DNA of 63,986 nucleotides, filler included, from Reclinomonas americana ATCC 50394 (taxonomy: Eukaryota), in NCBI GenBank assembly GCA_048213135.1. It is 8 parts of 8 records of this genome, joined end to end, with 100 filler letters (N's around TTAATTAATTAA, not from the genome) between each part and the next. Parts side by side here need not be neighbours in the genome. Positions count along the whole stretch, not along the records: positions 11,323 to 27,708 come from AFZH01019987.1; positions 27,809 to 31,750 come from AFZH01019989.1; positions 31,851 to 35,562 come from AFZH01019990.1; positions 35,663 to 47,633 come from AFZH01019991.1; 4 more parts are not named here. One strand, given 5' to 3'. Position 1 is the stretch's first letter; the number at the start of each line of letters is the position of its first letter. Below, in pieces: positions 24,476 to 36,555 of this stretch. Position numbers and translations under genes: made by a program. The notes below the pieces were generated by a model. That model was not told the origin of the DNA. It did no database searches and saw only the letters and a program-made list of their open reading frames with translations.

Positions 24476-27300
24476 TCACAACGTCAGCGCCTCCCTCCTC
24501 ACGTACACAATCTCGTGCCTCTTGGTGTCGGCCAGCAGCATCGCATTGCGATTCAGCGACATGCTGGCGAAGCGTGTGGACTCGGCGTCGCCGTTGAACA
24601 TTTGGATGGTGTCGCGCAGTGGGGCCGTCGGGTGTAGGTACCACTCGTCCTTGTTGGTGCCGCGCTGGACGGCCGCCGCGAATTCGTTGTTCTTGAGGTA
24701 GGCGATCGAGCGGCCGGTGAGGGTTCCTGCACGAAGGGAAAGGGGAAATGGGGAAGGGTGAGGGGGAGGGGGGAAGGGGAGGGGAAGAGGGGAGGAGAGA
24801 GAAGGGTGTGTGTGTGCCTGGCTGGCAGCTCGTCGTTCCATCTCTCTCTCTCTCTCTCTCTCATGTGTCAGTTTCATGCTGTTTGTGCTCCTGTCAATCT
24901 GTGTGCCATGTGTCTGTCCGTTTGCTTTCTTCTGTCTCTCCCTCTCTCGAGTCAGTTTCTTTTTGCCTTCAACTTCTTAGTCACTCTTCGCCTATCTGTC
25001 TGTCTCGTTCTCTATCAGACTATTTGCTTGTGACAGCGTGTGAATGTGTGTGTTCCTATCTGTCTGCATGTCTTTTGGCTGCCTGCGTTTTCTCTGTCTC
25101 TCTGTCTGCATGGCTATGTGGGCATGTGTGTGTGTGCATGCCTATTTGTCTGCTTGTCAATCTCTCTCTCAGTCTGTTAGTCAGTGCGTCGTACGTCTAT
25201 GTGTCTGCCTGCTGGCTTCCCTCTTTCTCTTCCTCTGTGAGCGTGTCTGACCGTCTCTCTCTCTCTCTCTCTCTGCGTCTCTGTGTGTGTCACTCAATCT
25301 CTTTCTATCTCTCTTTCTGTCTGTCTGCTTGTCGTTCTCTCCATAGTGTGACAGAAGAAAGCAAACAGATAGGCAAACGCAGGCACGAAACACAGACAGG
25401 AGGCGAAGAAGGAATGAAACTGACGCACAGGGAGAGAGAGAGAGAGTGAGAGAGTTATCGACAACTTGACATACTCACACACAGAGACAGCCGAGAAAGA
25501 GAGAGAAAGAGAGAACGATACACACACACACACAAACTAACAGACACACACTCACACGCCGCACATAGAGAAAGAGAAAGACAGTCAAGGAAACAGGCAG
25601 GCAGGCTGGAGACAGAAGACAAGTAGACGGGTACACAGACACTCACACACACTGAGAGACGGAAGAAAGCAGACACACTGGGAAAGAAACTGTCGCTCCC
25701 TCTCTCTCTATATATCTCTCTCCGTCTGTCTGCTTGTCGTTCTCTCTTTTGTCTCTCAGTGCGTCGGTTCGTTCTGTCTCTCTCCTTCTTCGCCACTACT
25801 CTGCAGCCAGTCTATCTGTGTGTCAGCTTGTGCTTGTCTCCCTCTCTCCCTCTCGAAGCCTCTCCCTCCCTCTCTCTCCCCCTCCCTCCCTCTTCACCCT
25901 CCCACTCACCAGTCCCCATCACACCCGATCGCCACCCGAGCTGATCCGACTCGTGACGCGTGAGCGACGGCGGCGGGAAGTCGACCATCAGCACCACTCG
26001 CGCCGTCTCTCCGCGGTGGTACACCTCGTGCTCAAACGAGTCATCAAAGACCACACACTTGCGCTCGCGCCACACCACATCCTCGCCGCCGCACAGCAGC
26101 CGGCAGGCGGGTGGGTCGCCTCGTGCTGCCGCGGCCTCGTTGTCGGTGCAAATGACGCCGAGGTGGCAGCGGAGTTTGGAGTTGGTGACGCCGCAGTGCG
26201 GGCGGATCTCCGTGCCGGGGTAGAGGACCGAGAAGCCGACAAAGACGGGGACGGGGTAGAGGAAGCCGGGGAAGTCTGCCGCGAGGAGGGGGGAAGGGGG
26301 AAGGGAGGGCAGAAGGAAAGAACGCGCTGTTAGTGTTCGCTTCTCGTGCATTCCAGAAGGGAGAGGGATAGGATGAGCCGCATGATTTCTCTCGAGGCGA
26401 AGGGCGGGGCAGAAAAGACGAGAAACAAGAGAGAAGAAGAGGGAGAACAAAAATGCATCTCGCTGCTTCACTTTCATCCCCAAGGAATGCAAAGGACGGA
26501 AGTTGAGGCGAGTGAACGAAAGAGGAGAGCATTCGTGCTTCTTGTTCTCATGCTCTGCCAAGAGAGAGTCAACCACTGAAGATCTCGTGAAAAAAGGAGG
26601 ACAAGCGAAAGAGGGATGGGAGATGTCACCTCCCATTCTCTCATTCCCAACAGGGAAAATGAGAGACGAGACATCTTCACATCGTAATTCTCATGCTCTC
26701 CTCTTGACTTACTGCGGCCCAGTGAGAAAAATGTGCATAGAGTAAAAGGAAGCGCACTGAATGGAACGAGGAAGAGAAGACTGTCCCTTTCCTTCTTTCC
26801 CTCATTCCCCTTTCCTCGTTCACGCTCACCTCCCGGCGGCAACATCGAATCATCATACCCCATGTGCCTGTGCGCCTCCTTCAACACCGCATCGACCACG
26901 GCCATGGTCTTGGGGAAGCGCGGCGTGTGGAACGACGGCGCACCCCACATGTACAGCGGAACCTGCGACCAGCGTCCCTTGCCAGTATCGTAGATCCGAT
27001 CCGGCGTGCGCAGCTTCTTCACCGCCTCCGAGTCCGCCTGCGTCAGATCCAACAGCCCCGGCGCCTCTGCTTGCGCAAACGCCTCAAACTCGGCACGAAT
27101 GTCGTCGTAGTTGGCCTCCAGTGGTTGCGTCACAAACGACAGCTCCTCCGCGCGATACACCGGTGCATGTGAGCCACTGCCACACAAACAAGAAGAAGAA
27201 GTGAGCAGACGAATAGAAACGGTTGATGATTGCCAATGTCGACTTGCCTCCACAAGAGCAGCGATGGATGCTGCGCAGCGTCCCTGTATCGCGTGACTGG
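24476..27300 (-). CDS. Aspartyl/asparaginyl beta-hydroxylase-domain (2OG-Fe(II) oxygenase) protein, 5' end uncertain
   Basis: Exons read LEANYDDIRAEF...W...LY...FPKTMAVV and FSVLYPGTEIRPHCGVTNSKLRCHLGV...VVFDDSFEHEVYH...RVVLMVDF, the ASPH-type catalytic motifs. Last exon 24727-24476. Confidence 0.85.
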
Positions 27301-27661
27301 TGGTGAGGAACAGTAATTAAAGCGTCCGGATTCATGCATGTGCATGCGAGAAGGTGCGCGCATCTGAGCAGTGAGCGAGACAGAGAGGCAGAGAGGCAGA
27401 GAGGGAGCTCACCAGACAAGGGGGGGAGGACAGAAGGAGAGAGGGAGAGGGGAAAGAGAGGGAAAGAAGGAGGAGACACAAAGATACTCAGTGCGATCAT
27501 TGAGGACGAAGGGAGAGAAGTGTGTGAGAGAGAGAGAGAGAGAGGCAAGAGAGAGGGAGGAGCGCAGGAGGGAAGAGAAGGAGGATTGAGGGGAGAGGAA
27601 GTCGAGTGCGAGAGTAATCGCACAGACAAAGATACTCAGATGCAGACTCAGGTGCAAAGAC

Positions 27662-27693
<32 letters not shown>

Positions 27694-27865
27694 TGTGTGT
27701 GTGTGTGTNNNNNNNNNNNNNNNNNNNNNNNNNNNNNNNNNNNNNNNNNNNNTTAATTAATTAANNNNNNNNNNNNNNNNNNNNNNNNNNNNNNNNNNNN
27801 NNNNNNNNAGTATGGACGGAGTAGAGAAGAGTAGAGAGAGAGAGAGAGAGAGAGAAGACTGCGAC

Positions 27866-28461
27866 ATGAAGGCTCTCTCAGTCCTGTTCGCCGACTGAAG
27901 GCAGGGCAGCAGCAACAGGGAGAGAACGCCATTAAAACGGACGACGAAACGGAAACGCTGCTCTGTCCAGTGACGAGTGACACTTTCTGAGGCTTCTCCC
28001 TGCAAGAGACCGAAATGCAAGTCTTTTATCCCTCCCTCTCTGCATTGTCAGAGAGGAAGAGACACAAGTCAGGGTTCTCTCCTCACTCTTCTATACAGCC
28101 TGAGGTTTGCATGCACACAAGAATGCAGCACTTTGCCTTCTCTCTCTCTCATCTCCCTTCCCCTGCTCCCTCTCTCTCTCCCTCTCTCTCCTCCCCCCCA
28201 AATCCACCCACCAACCACACTCTTCGCCACCCCTCTCTCCTCCTCCTCCGCCGTGTACAACACCACATTCGGCGCCGGAGGGCGTTGCGCGACGGGAAAG
28301 GTCGACTCCTCACTGCATCGCTCTGCATGCGTGGTCCACACAGAACCGCCCACCGCGCGAACTTGCAGTGCACATGCTGTCTGCGATGCAGTCAGAGAGA
28401 TGCGCACGTCGGAGGTGGCGTCGGAGGTGGCGCGGAGAATGTGGAAGTTTTCCGCGCGCAT
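27866..28461 (-). CDS. Possible exons of a hypothetical protein, perhaps the 5' part of the beta-hydroxylase gene across the gap
   Basis: ATG at 28461 (MRAENFHILRATSD...) with plausible GT..AG boundaries; same strand as the downstream gene; no recognisable motif. Confidence 0.3.
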
Positions 28462-28724
28462 TTTGAACGATCGAGATAACAGTGTGTGGTGGATGCAGGA
28501 CACGATGCATGTTGACAACTGAAGGGAGAGAGGGGAGCGGAGAGGGCGATTGCTGCTGTCGCTGCGAAATTTAAACTTGCAATTTATGGCGATATCGATA
28601 TCGATTGCGATCCTTTCTGTTCGCTTCTGAACGCTTTTTCTCTGCAGAGACCTTGTCTTCTGTGGTGCTCTTGTTCGCGTTCACGAGAAGGGCGATGACA
28701 GGCGGCTTGTCGATCGCGACGTCG

Positions 28725-29400
28725 TCGGTTTGTCATGTTCGGTTTTAGTCTTCCGATCGCGGTATCCTCGCGCCTGAGGGCTTGCTGCACCGGATATTAC
28801 AGCTAGACTCTGCGCTGCGTTATCTCTTCTGCGCCACATGTAGCATGCCCTTGTTCTTCGTCTCGTTAAGCAGCACTTGTCGTGTTCGGTTTTCGTCTTC
28901 CGATCGCGGTAGCGTCGCGCCTGAAAGTCTGGTGCACTTGCTGTAACAGAAAGAGATACTGTACACAGTTGCTTTGCCTGTGTCACATGCAGAAAGCCCC
29001 TATTCTTCGTCTCGTTCAACAACGCTTGTCGTGTTCGGTTTTCGTCTTCCGATCGTGGTTTCCTCGTGCCTGAAAGTCTGGTGCACTTGCTGTAACAGAG
29101 AGAGATACTTCGCACAGTAGCCTTGCGTGCACAACCTGCAGCATGCCCTTGTTCTTCGTCTCGTTCAACAGAACTTGCAATTGGTTTTCATCTTCCGGTC
29201 GCACTGTCATCGCATCAGAGGGCCTGAAGGCTTGCTGCACTCCCTCTGTCGAAAGGAGGCACTACGCAGTGGTACCTAGCCTGTGCCGCATGCAGCAAGC
29301 TGTGATTCAATAGCACTGCAACTTTGGGGTTCGAATTCGGTTTTCGTCTTCCGATCGCGATATCGTTGCGCCTGAAGGCTTTCTTGCACTTCCTCTTTCA
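28725..29400. repeat. Degenerate tandem repeat, 5 copies, period ~146-156 bp
   Basis: Core GGTTTT(C/A)(G/A)TCTTCCG(A/G)TCG with TCTTCC starting at 28749, 28896, 29045, 29191 and 29347. Shared CCTGAA..CTTG.TGCA and TTCTTCGTCTCGTT blocks. Confidence 0.9.
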
Positions 29401-29491
29401 AAGAGAGAGAGATACTACATACTGTTGCCTTGCCTCTGTGCAGCATTTGCAAGAGTTGTCCTGCATGATTGCAATCACTTTCTTGTTGGCA

Positions 29492-29611
29492 ATGGGAGTC
29501 GACGAAGACGCCTGTCGCGCAGCCGTGGAAACACATCTGCGAACGCATCCACTCTCCTCTGCCATGGTACGCCTTAATGCACACAAGAGACACAATGATC
29601 TTCTGCATGTG

Positions 29612-29651
<40 letters not shown>

Positions 29652-31489
29652 GTGAGTGATGACGAGGAGACACCGTGGCTTTCTCTCTCACTCACACGCT
29701 CACTGCATTCTCACTCTCTCTCTCTCTCACTCACTGCATTCACTGCATTCACTGCATTCACTGCACTCACTCACTCTCTCTCTCACTCACTCACTGTGTA
29801 TCTCTCATTCTCGCGCTCTCTCTCACTCTCTCTCCCTCCCTCCCTCCTTCACTTAGTCACTCACTCACTCACTCACTCACTCACTTACTTTCTCACTCAC
29901 TCACTCACCCACTCACGTCCCTTCCCTCCCTTCCCTTCTCCCTGCTCCCTCTTCCTCTCCCCTCACTCACTCCCTTCTCCCTCCCTTCAGTACCGCTCCT
30001 TCACCTCCTCACCGCCACCAACTGTCGAGTGTCGCGCCAACTGCGCCTCCTCCTCCGCTTCTTCTGCCTCTCCTGGCAGTGGAGTGCGTGCCTTTTACGA
30101 GGTGGCACACCATCGCATTGTCGTCTGCTGTGATGCGTTGCGACGGGCGAGTGAGGTGGGCGAGTGTGTGGCGCACGAACTGGTGCATGCGTGGGATGTG
30201 CGCGAGGGCGGCATGAGCAAGATGGGCGAGGATTGTGTGCAGTTGGCCTGCAGTGAGATAAGGTGAAGGGAGGGAAGACGGAGACAGGAAGCGACTCGAC
30301 AGACAACTCTCACTCTCACTCTGTTTGTCTCACTTGCTTTCTCACTTCCCTATTTCTCCTTTCTCTCGTCTGCTCTCTCTCTCTCTCCCCTGCTCTCTCT
30401 CTCCCCTGCTCTCTGTCTCTCCGTCTCTCTCTTTCTTGTCTGCTCTCTCTCACTTTCAGTCTGCTTGTTTGCTTTTCACTTTCTCACCCTTCTCTTGTTT
30501 GCTCTCTCTCTCTCTCTTGTTTGCTTTCTCACTCAGTCTGGTCACACTTGTTCTTTCTCTCTCTCTCACTCGCACTCCTTCCATCTTTCTTTGCTTGTCA
30601 CACTTGCTCTCTCACTGTCTCTCTTGCTTTCTCACTTCGTCTTTCTCTCTGCTCCCTTTCTCTCTTGTTTGCTTTCTCACTCAGTCTGGTCACACTTGCT
30701 CTCTCTGACTCTTACTCTCCCTCTCTCTCTCTCTCGCTCTGCTTGTGTCACTTGCTTGCATTCCTTCCATTTTTCTTTGCTTGTCACACTTACTGTCTCA
30801 CTGTCTCTCTTTCTCGCCTGCTCTCTTTCGCTCTTCTGCTCTCTCTCTCAGTCTGCTTGTTTACTTGCTCTCTCACTCTCTTTCTCCCTTTCTCTCTTCC
30901 TCGTTCTTCTTGCTTGCTCACTCACTCTCAGTCTGCTTGTCACACTTGCTTTCACTCTCTACTCATCACTCGTGCTGTTCATTTCTCTCGTTCTCTCTCA
31001 CTCTCAGTCTGCTTGTCTCGCTTGTTTTTCTCTCATTCTCTCTTTTCTCGCCTGCAATCTTTTCACTCTCATTCTCTCTTTCTTGCTCCTTGTCGCTCGA
31101 CTTTCCTGCTCTCTCTCTCTCTTTCCCATTCTTCCTCTCCCTTTCTGTATCTCTCTTTTTCTCGCCTGCTCTCTCAATCTCTCTTTCTTGCTCATCTCGG
31201 TTGCCTGCTCACTCACCCCTTTCCCTCTCTGTTCCCTCACCCTTCCCCCCTTTTTCCCCACTCGCAGAGCCGCTGCTCTCGTGGACTGCGCAACAAAACG
31301 AACCGAGTGGGGCCGCCGAAGATGCACGCGCGAGGTGGCCACACTTGCCACGGCGGTAAGTTTGGGAGTGTCTTGACGAGGATATGAACACGGCTCATCC
31401 ATCTCCTACTCCAGCACAATTGCACACTGGCCAAGGCGTTGGTCGACAAGCTGATGGACGGCGGTGACTGCTATCCGAGTGGCAAGTGA
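29492..31489 (+). CDS. ATP23: Mitochondrial inner-membrane metalloprotease ATP23 homolog
   Basis: Spliced MGVDEDACRAAVE...RIVVCCD...VAHELVHAWD (HExxH)...DCVQLACSEIR|AAALVDC; the ACSEIRAA motif is typical of peptidase M76. Stop TGA at 31487-31489. Confidence 0.85.
30263..31268 (+). repeat. ~1-kb CT-rich intron of ATP23 built from degenerate minisatellite units (e.g. TGCTTGTCACACTT)
   Basis: GTGAAG...CGCAG intron; low complexity with a recurrent motif. Confidence 0.75.
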
Positions 31490-31897
31490 GAGTAGCTTAC
31501 GTACAGGCTTGCCATCGGAAGCAGCCTTCACACAATAGTCAGGCTGCGGTCTCGCGCGGTCGCTCGCTTGACGCGTAGCGACAGTGCGCCACTCGTGCTC
31601 AACGAAACTTCTCCTGCAGAACAGGAGTTGGGATAATGGAGCATTTCTGCAACTGCGTGTCAATGGACAGCGTCGTGAGTGAGAAGGATCCGTTTCTTGA
31701 CGTCAGTATCAACAAACACCAACAGGCTGTTCAGCAACACAGTTGCCATCNNNNNNNNNNNNNNNNNNNNNNNNNNNNNNNNNNNNNNNNNNNNTTAATT
31801 AATTAANNNNNNNNNNNNNNNNNNNNNNNNNNNNNNNNNNNNNNNNNNNNGTCAGATTCTGACCACTCGTGACAAGCATTCTCTCTCGCTCGGCCGT

Positions 31898-32210
31898 TCC
31901 CTTTCTCCCGCTCCCTCTCCCTTTCTGTCACTCCCACTCCCTTTCTCTCACTGTCACTCCCTTTCTTTCACTCCCACTCCCTTTCTCTCTCCCTCTCCCT
32001 TTCTCTCACTCCCGCTCCCTTTCTCTCTCACTCCTGCTCCCTTTCCCTTTCGCTCCCGCTCCCTTTCTGTCACTCCCACTCCCTTTCTCACGCTGCCACT
32101 CCCTTTCTCACGCTGCCACTCCCTTTCTCTCGCTGCCACTCCCTTTCTCACGCTGCCACTCCATTTCTCTCGCTGCCACTCCCTTTCCCTCGCTGCCACT
32201 CCCTTTCTCT
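31898..32210. repeat. 20-bp minisatellite (CCCTTTCTCACGCTGCCACT)n
   Basis: Near-perfect 20-nt period over 32081-32210, degenerate copies upstream. Confidence 0.9.
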
Positions 32211-32365
32211 CGCTTGTGCGCGATCGCGATCTGGAACGCCGTCATTCTTGAACAAAAGTTTACAAACCGTTTTACAACAACACTTCGCAGCACTCTTGCA
32301 ACTGCGAGGAACATTACAACACAGGCAACACAACAAAAACAAACACAACAAAACAAACAAAACAA

Positions 32366-35300
32366 TCACGTGGCATCCACGGCGCTGGCAGTCGTCGGTC
32401 GCACTCGGCGTTTGCTCGGTGTGGACTGTGCGACAGTCGCCGCCGCCGCTGCTGCTGCCGCCACTGCCGCATCGCGAGCCGGCGACGCACTGCTGATGGT
32501 GTTGGCACGCACGCGGCGCGGTGTGGACATTAGATTGCCCGCCCGTGCCGCCGCCGAGCTCTCTCCGGGCGTCACCTGCGCCTCGGGCACGCCCAGCAGC
32601 AGCGCCAGCAGATCCGAATGGTTGAGCATGCGCATTTGGTGGCTCAGCCTGCAGTGGGCGAAGAAGAGTGTGTGAGCAACCAACCCTTTGGCTCTCCTTC
32701 ACTTGACGGAAAACGCACTGCAGCAAGTCCATCAAGCGCCAGAATCCATCGCGAATGGCGTCGAGACCCTCCCGCCGCCGATCAATCAACTCGCGACGAA
32801 TGTACCGCGCCACGTAGTGCCGAATCTGTGTGGGATTTTGCACGCGTCTCGGTGCATCCCCTGCGAAAAAAAGGCAAGTCAGAAACCCGACGGACTGCTG
32901 AACTCACTCGCACAAACACTCACCAACATCGGAGAAGCACAAATCCAGCGCCGCCGCGTCACCGTTGCTGTGCTGCAACCACGAGGAGATGCGTCGCGCA
33001 TTGGTATCGTCAAAGGCCTCCATGTCGGCGAAATTGAAGGGCGTGTCGCTGCCGGGCGGCGCGCAAATGTGCTTGTAGACCACGTTGGAGAGGGCTCCGA
33101 GAGTGTGCACCGGCTTGCCCTCCAGCAGGCATCGCCCGATCGCCATGCCAATGCCCTGCACGACACATGAGCTCTACAACCTCTCTTCTCGTCCTCCCTG
33201 CCCCTATCCGCACCTCAAAGCGCGCCACATCAGCGTCGGTGAGTTGCTCGTCGACCGCAGGCAGACACGCATGCTGGCGCGAGGAGCGACTCTCAAAGAG
33301 GCGGTGGTGAGCGAGTGCGTCAAACAGAGTGACGAAGAACTGCTGCGGCTCCGTGTGCGAGGGACCGGTGAAGGCGTAGAGTCGGCGCAGCCAGAGATCC
33401 GGGTCGCGACGCGCGGCCGTGCAGAACGACTCGAAAAAGCCGTCCACCAGTGTCTGTTGCGGCCCGATGCGCACCGAGAACGAAGAGTACAGCTGCACTT
33501 GCGCAATGGCCGACTGTACCATGGAGATCTTGGAGGCCTGCGACGGCAGAATGCTCTCCAGCGCCCGCTCCGACGACATCAAGAAGAAGGCGTGCGAGCA
33601 GCAGTCGGCCGCGGATATTCTCTCGGCCGGTTCCCGACGGAGCACGCTCTCCAGCAGCAGAATGGCCTCGTGCGGAAGCGAGGCGACGCCACCCAAACAC
33701 GGCGTGCTGTCGCCCTCTACGTAGTGTATGGTGCCTTGACCGGCCGTCATGGCCCTGCGACTCGCATGTGAGTGGGGAGAGGGGGAGAGGTTTAGGGTGA
33801 GGATGGCAAAAACCAGAGCAGGAGGGCGCCGAATCGCCACACGTCGAGCGAGCCAGCAGCCTGCAGTTCATTGTCTATGGCCTCTGGAGGCATGGCGTCC
33901 TCGTACGCCGCTCGTACTGTGCCGAAAGGTAAGCAACGAAACGCCATTAATGGTCAACAATCATCTTGAATCTCACCGCTTTCGAGGAAACCTCGCCGCG
34001 GCAAAATGAGCGACTGCCGAGTGGAGACGGCGTTCGAGAATCCGAGGAGAGTGAGATTGTTGTCGGGCGACACAATCATGTTCTCGTCCACCAGATGGGC
34101 ATGCACGATGCCATTTTCGTGCAAGTACGCCAGAGCCTAATGCGATGATGGCAACAGTCAACAACTGCAATCCAGAGCGATGCTTCTGAAAATATTGCCA
34201 CTCACCTCGGCCAGTTGCCGGAAGACGGCGCGGACCTCGTCGCCCTTCGGCCGACACTCGCGCACCCACGAGCTCAAATGATGGCCATCGTAGAACGGCA
34301 GCTGAATGCACAGTGTCTGGCCCTCCACAAACACGGCATCAACGCGCGCGATGCTGCGGTGGTGCACATTTTGCGTGACCCTGCCAGGCGCGCATTCGTG
34401 AGACGGAGGAGTCCATCGATGCCGGGAGAGCAGGACACTTTGCTCACCACAGCTGATTGACGGCAGTGGCCAGGTCCGATTCGTTGGCAACAATCGAGTA
34501 CACCTTGACGACCACAGAGTTGCCGCCGAATGTCGCCCGCGAGGCTCGGAGGGCGCCTGTGCGAAAGGATATTTGAGGAGAGCCAGGGCACGGGTCAACA
34601 AGCGCGTGGCCACTCACCTCGTATCGTCTGGACCTGCTGGAAATCGCGAATGGAGCGCTCGACAAAAATGGGCGGCTGCAACACCGCGGCCGGCAACATG
34701 CGGCGCACCAGTGGCGGTACGTGCGGAGCAATGACGGTAGCCAGACCACCACTGCCGTCGGGCTTGGTCAGCGCGTGCACCAGGAGTTGAATCTCTGGGC
34801 AATGTGTCTGCACGAGGAGAGAAGTGAGTGGGGAGGGGAGAGAGAAAGCAGAAAGGACATTGGACGCAACGACGACATTGCCGGTCTCCAGTTGCTCTTG
34901 CAGTGGCAACAACAGCTCCTCGGCTCGTCGCACCAGCTGCTGCGCGTGGAACACCTTTTCCTCCGCCTCGAGCAGGCACTGCATCGCGTATCGAATGAGC
35001 AGAGAGTCATTTTTTGGTGCTGTGAAATCGGAAAAACTACGGTCTCACCGTGGCCCAGGCGCCACTCAGTCGCAGCTTGCTCAGCTGGTATTGAGCGTCG
35101 ATAAAATCGTTGGCTCGATCGTAGTACTCGCGCGAGGCCGCGGCCATGAGACCATCGGGTTGAAGAATGACGCGCTTGGCGTTGGAGGCTGCGAATCCAG
35201 TCAGTCACTGATGACACCAGTGTGAGGGAGAAGGAGATCGCGCGCACCATCAAGAGCCTCCTTGAACTGCGTGCGGGTGTGCTCGAGTTGCTCCACGTGC

Positions 35301-35483
35301 TGCCGAGCCAGCTGCGTTCGTCGCTGCAGGCAGTGCACACATGCGTCGTCTTGCCGCAGCGTCTCGGCAATGCTGAGGAAACCGCTGAGCAGAGCGGCGA
35401 CGGTTGGTGCCAGTGGCTCTGTTGCCGACACACCGGCCGCGGCCTCTTGCAGGGCGACGAGTGATGGTGAATCGCCGAGTTGA
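32366..35483 (-). CDS. Coiled-coil + protein pseudokinase + truncated HECT-like (N-lobe only) fusion protein, 5' end lost in gap
   Basis: Kinase subdomains VVVKVY, HHRSIARVDAVFVE..CIQLPFYDG, ALAYLHENGIVHAHL..ENMIV, PPE, DVWRFG, L..EPAERISAADCCSHAFF. Then HECT-like F..IG.AIGRCLLEG..., VYKHI, DMEAFD, YVARYIRRELI..R..LDAIRDGF, L.HSDLLALLLGVPE. Stop at 32366. Confidence 0.75.
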
Positions 35484-35813
35484 CCTGTCAGGGAAGAAGG
35501 GAGAAGGGAATGGGAATGGGAATGGGATGGGGAAAGAGGGGAAAGAGGGGGAAAAGAGGGGGNNNNNNNNNNNNNNNNNNNNNNNNNNNNNNNNNNNNNN
35601 NNNNNNTTAATTAATTAANNNNNNNNNNNNNNNNNNNNNNNNNNNNNNNNNNNNNNNNNNNNCACACACACTCACCTGTAAAGCGCCATTATGCGTGCAG
35701 TCTCACTCACTCACTTACACTCAACACACGCTCTCTCGCGTCGGAAGAACAATGAGAAAAAGTTGAGCATTCTATCACAGTCGACTGATACTCTCATACA
35801 CACTCACACTCAA

Positions 35814-36507
35814 ATGCCGTTCTATGAGAGTGTGCTTCTGCTGCGCCCGCGTCTGCGCAATGAAGAGATCGCCGCAGTGTTGAGCAAGCTGGGCAAGTTG
35901 CGCTGAGAAAACACACACACACACACACACTCACACACTCTCTCTGTGTCTCTCTCTGTCTCTCTCTCTCTCTCTCTTGCACACACACACACTCACACAC
36001 TCACACACACTCACCCCCCCCACCACACACACACACTCACACACTCTCTCTGTGTCTCACTCTCTCTCTTCTCTCTCTCTGTTTGTGAAGAGCGGTGATT
36101 GGCACTGGCAATGGTGCAGTGCAGTCGATTGAGCTGCTGCCTGCGCGTCGACTTGCGTATCCTGTGCGCGATCGAGGTGCGCGCACTGGTGCCGCAAAGC
36201 TGCGAGAAGGTAAGAGTGAGAGAGAGAGATGCGTTGTTGTGTGTTCTCTCTCTCTGTGTCACTCACTTGTGTGTGTTGTGCAGGCCGCTATGCGTTCATG
36301 CGCTATGTGGCGCCGCCGGATAGCGTGGCTGAGGTGTCGCGTTTGGCGCGCATTGATGAGCGTGTTGTGCGCGAGGTGATTGCTATGTGTCTCTCACTCT
36401 GTTCACTGTGTCTGTCTCTCACACTACGTGCTGCTGTGCAGATGACGGTCAAGCAGACAGACGCAGCGCCTCCAACGACTGCGCCGCCGCCACCTGCTGA
36501 CAAGTGA
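35814..36507 (+). CDS. MRPS6: Mitochondrial ribosomal protein S6 (bS6m), 4 exons
   Basis: Spliced MPFYESVLLLRP...GAVQSIELLPARRLAYPV...EGRYAFMRYVAPPDSVAEVSRLARIDERVVREMTVK has the bS6 pattern (YE..., RxLAY, G.Y, D.RV.R). Confidence 0.85.
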
Positions 36508-36555
36508 TCACACGCGTGTGTTTTGAATGCAGTATAGAATGCCGATCGTCTTTCA

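Noticed and set aside
28725..29400. CRISPR array or Illumina adapter (GATCGGAAGA on the minus strand)
   Set aside because: The whole unit is homologous between copies (no unique spacers), there are no cas genes and the context is eukaryotic. The adapter similarity is only 10 nt, and the copies have diverged like genomic repeats.
30263..31387. Long ORFs of 200-370 aa rich in Leu/Ser
   Set aside because: Translations of a CT-rich ATP23 intron; stop-free because of base composition.
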